Below are positions 62,031-64,000 of a stretch of DNA of 64,000 nucleotides, piece by piece. Position 1 is the stretch's first letter. Each line of letters opens with the position of its first letter. This DNA comes from Marsupella aquatica (Eukaryota; Plantae; Marchantiophyta). Where the stretch lies: positions 10,567,135-10,631,134 of the forward strand of contig OZ316899.1 of NCBI GenBank assembly GCA_973895155.1, in the 5' to 3' direction. The position numbers and the translations under genes are program-made. The notes beneath the pieces are model-generated. The model worked only from the letters and a program-made list of their open reading frames with translations, ran no database searches and was not told the origin of the DNA.

Positions 62031-64000
62031 TCATGGCAGAGGCACACTGTTGGTATCTGCATCTCTGAATTTGCCTCCTTCAGCAAATGCATCTACCCTT
62101 GTCACAGGAATGAAGTCCCCGCTATCATGAACTATAGGTACTTGGTCTGAACACCGATGATCAAAGGCACTATGAGAGTGTAAATGAAACTCAAGGTTTG
62201 ATCCTTCCATCCGACGTTGCCTGGCCTGTTTATGACACACTACACGTCAACCTGGGGAGTCTTCCACATCCAGGAAGAAAGCTTGCTCCACCTGACTGGG
62301 AAACACAAATGGCTCAGACCATTCGGGCAATTTCCCTCTGAAATTGGCCAGCAAGAAACCGTCGTTGTCTCTCTTCATGGTAGCCCTATTACCAAGCCAA
62401 TCCTGCCGCACCCATGAACCTTTCATAAGAATCACAGGATTGGACACCGCCCCATAGTCCAGAGCCCATATGTCAACTAATTCTCCCACATATCCCATCT
62501 CCATCCAAGCCATGTTGTGATTGTGGCTCTGTTGCTCAAATACAGTGATGAGACCACAGTCATTTGTCACCTTGTAGGCATTGTCACCATCCTTCACTCA
62601 AAAGTGATTCCCATATGCTCTCATCCGTTTGTAAGTCTTCACTTTCAGGCTAGGGGCATTAGACAGTAGGTAAATGTCTGCATCCATGTCTGGGTGGGTC
62701 TCGTGATGCTCTCTAATTGCCACTGTAATCCACTCCATGAAACCTGGAAAAGTTGTTCCTGCAGTGGGATGGGCCGCCTTCAATGACTCATACTCCCTGA
62801 ACAAACAACCACACAGCATTAGCTTGGGTAAATATGAACAGGTTGAAGGAGAAAATCACACGCACACAACATTTAAGCTCATGAACTGGATTATAGCACA
62901 TGTATGCACTCACTGTATCCAGGGTTCCATCACCACAGTGTTGTGCAATACAAAGTCATGTGCCAAGTCTCTCATAGATGTGGTCAGGTTCTTTGTGGTT
63001 GCAGCCCCTTCCAGTACTTCACCTATCACCCCTTCCTCCTCATCAGAATTCCACACCCTGGTCTTCACATGCTCATATTGTGCTATGTATTTGGTTAGAA
63101 ATCCCAGAGTCTCATCCTTGATGTAACCTTTAGCCATGCTTGCTTCAGGTTCGTAATATGTTCTCACGTGACCTTTGAGTAGCTTCATATACCGTTCCAA
63201 AGGGTACAACCAACGAGCACTCACAGGCCCAAATTGGTGTAGCTCTTCCACAACATGGACAAGTAGGTGGGTCATGACATCAAAAAATGCGGGAGGAAAA
63301 TAAATCTCCAGGTCACACAACACCTGAGCGACATCTTCTATTAGTTGTGGGAAGTGTGTTTCATCCCAAACCTTCACACAAATACGATGAAACACATCAC
63401 TGAGTTGCATGATCACATTACGAACAGGCTTCTGCAACAGGCCCCTTGGACATAAAGGCAACACCTGTTGCATCAACATATGGTAGCCATGGCTTTTCAT
63501 ACTACCAAGCTTTCTAGTCATGATATGCTTCTTAAAAGCACTGCCATAGTTTGAAGGAACCTTCAAAGAACTCAACCTCTGCACAAATAGTTGCCACTCT
63601 GTGTCTGTCAGAACATAGGGCGCTTGGTACTTCAAGAGCACATCAGCTCTGTGGGCATGTGGCCTCAACCAAAGATGGGGTTTCATTCCCCTCTGTTCAA
63701 GATCCAATCTTAGTGAACCAGTGTCTTTCTCTCCACACAAGAATCTGAGTAGACTCTCACAAATATTCTTCTCAATGTGCATAACATCAATGTTATGTTT
63801 GCTTGGCTCAAACTCCTGCACCATTGCAATGCAAAAGCGTCAGCAAATGCCTCAAGTTTAGTCTCTCTCTTCAAAATGAATGCACATGCTCTGAACCAAA
63901 ACATGTATCCCAATTAGCATCAACTCCAAGAGGCTTACCCTCCAATACTTGAGCTCCAAGTCCAATATGCTCAGTCTTTTTACACCATATCGCTTTATTG
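62031..64000 (-). pseudogene. TnpD-like transposase of CACTA-2 (3' exons)
   Basis: DVMHIEKNICES, FFDVMTHL, EPFVFPSQVEQ; same intron positions as CACTA-1; stops at 62598 and 62247. Confidence 0.9.

Larger units (their letters stand above)
53217..64000 (-). mobile_element. CACTA transposon 2 (runs off the window)
   Basis: Degenerate terminus AACTAGAAGAATCCG (cf. CACTAGTAGAAACCG) interrupts the RT of D; GTGAC/GTCAC subterminal repeats 53240-53570; TnpA/TnpD homologues. Confidence 0.82.

Overview
Eukaryotic DNA, most likely a non-seed land plant (inferred from GT-AG introns, a plant tRNA-Asn PBS and CACTA/gypsy families). The window is a nest of transposable elements with no recognisable host gene. 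Matching 5-bp target-site duplications (TSDs) give this order: Athila/Phygy-like gypsy D (50682-53216) <- gypsy C (+ strand, ~1007-50681) <- solo LTR A1 (3851-47070) <- gypsy B (5389-44435) <- solo LTR A2 (31296-40720) <- solo LTR A3 (33199-37860). CACTA-1 (5520-~21907) sits in an LTR of B. CACTA-2 (~53217 to the window end) sits in the RT of D and carries solo LTR A4 (57275-61943). Two systems stand out. (1) Gypsy families A and B have ~4.6-4.8 kb LTRs whose U3 encodes a ~1,100-1,200 aa protein (PMD/Transposase_32-like core plus long coiled coil). It is conserved between the families and intact in A4, so every solo LTR leaves a copy of the gene. (2) CACTA-1 carries four co-oriented, intronless accessory ORFs upstream of its transposase: an EDM2-like PHD cluster, a tandem BRCT resembling that of Pol lambda, an F-box and a Cys/His-rich ORF. 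This is a candidate anti-silencing and repair-manipulation cassette. Domain calls are by eye and need HMM confirmation.
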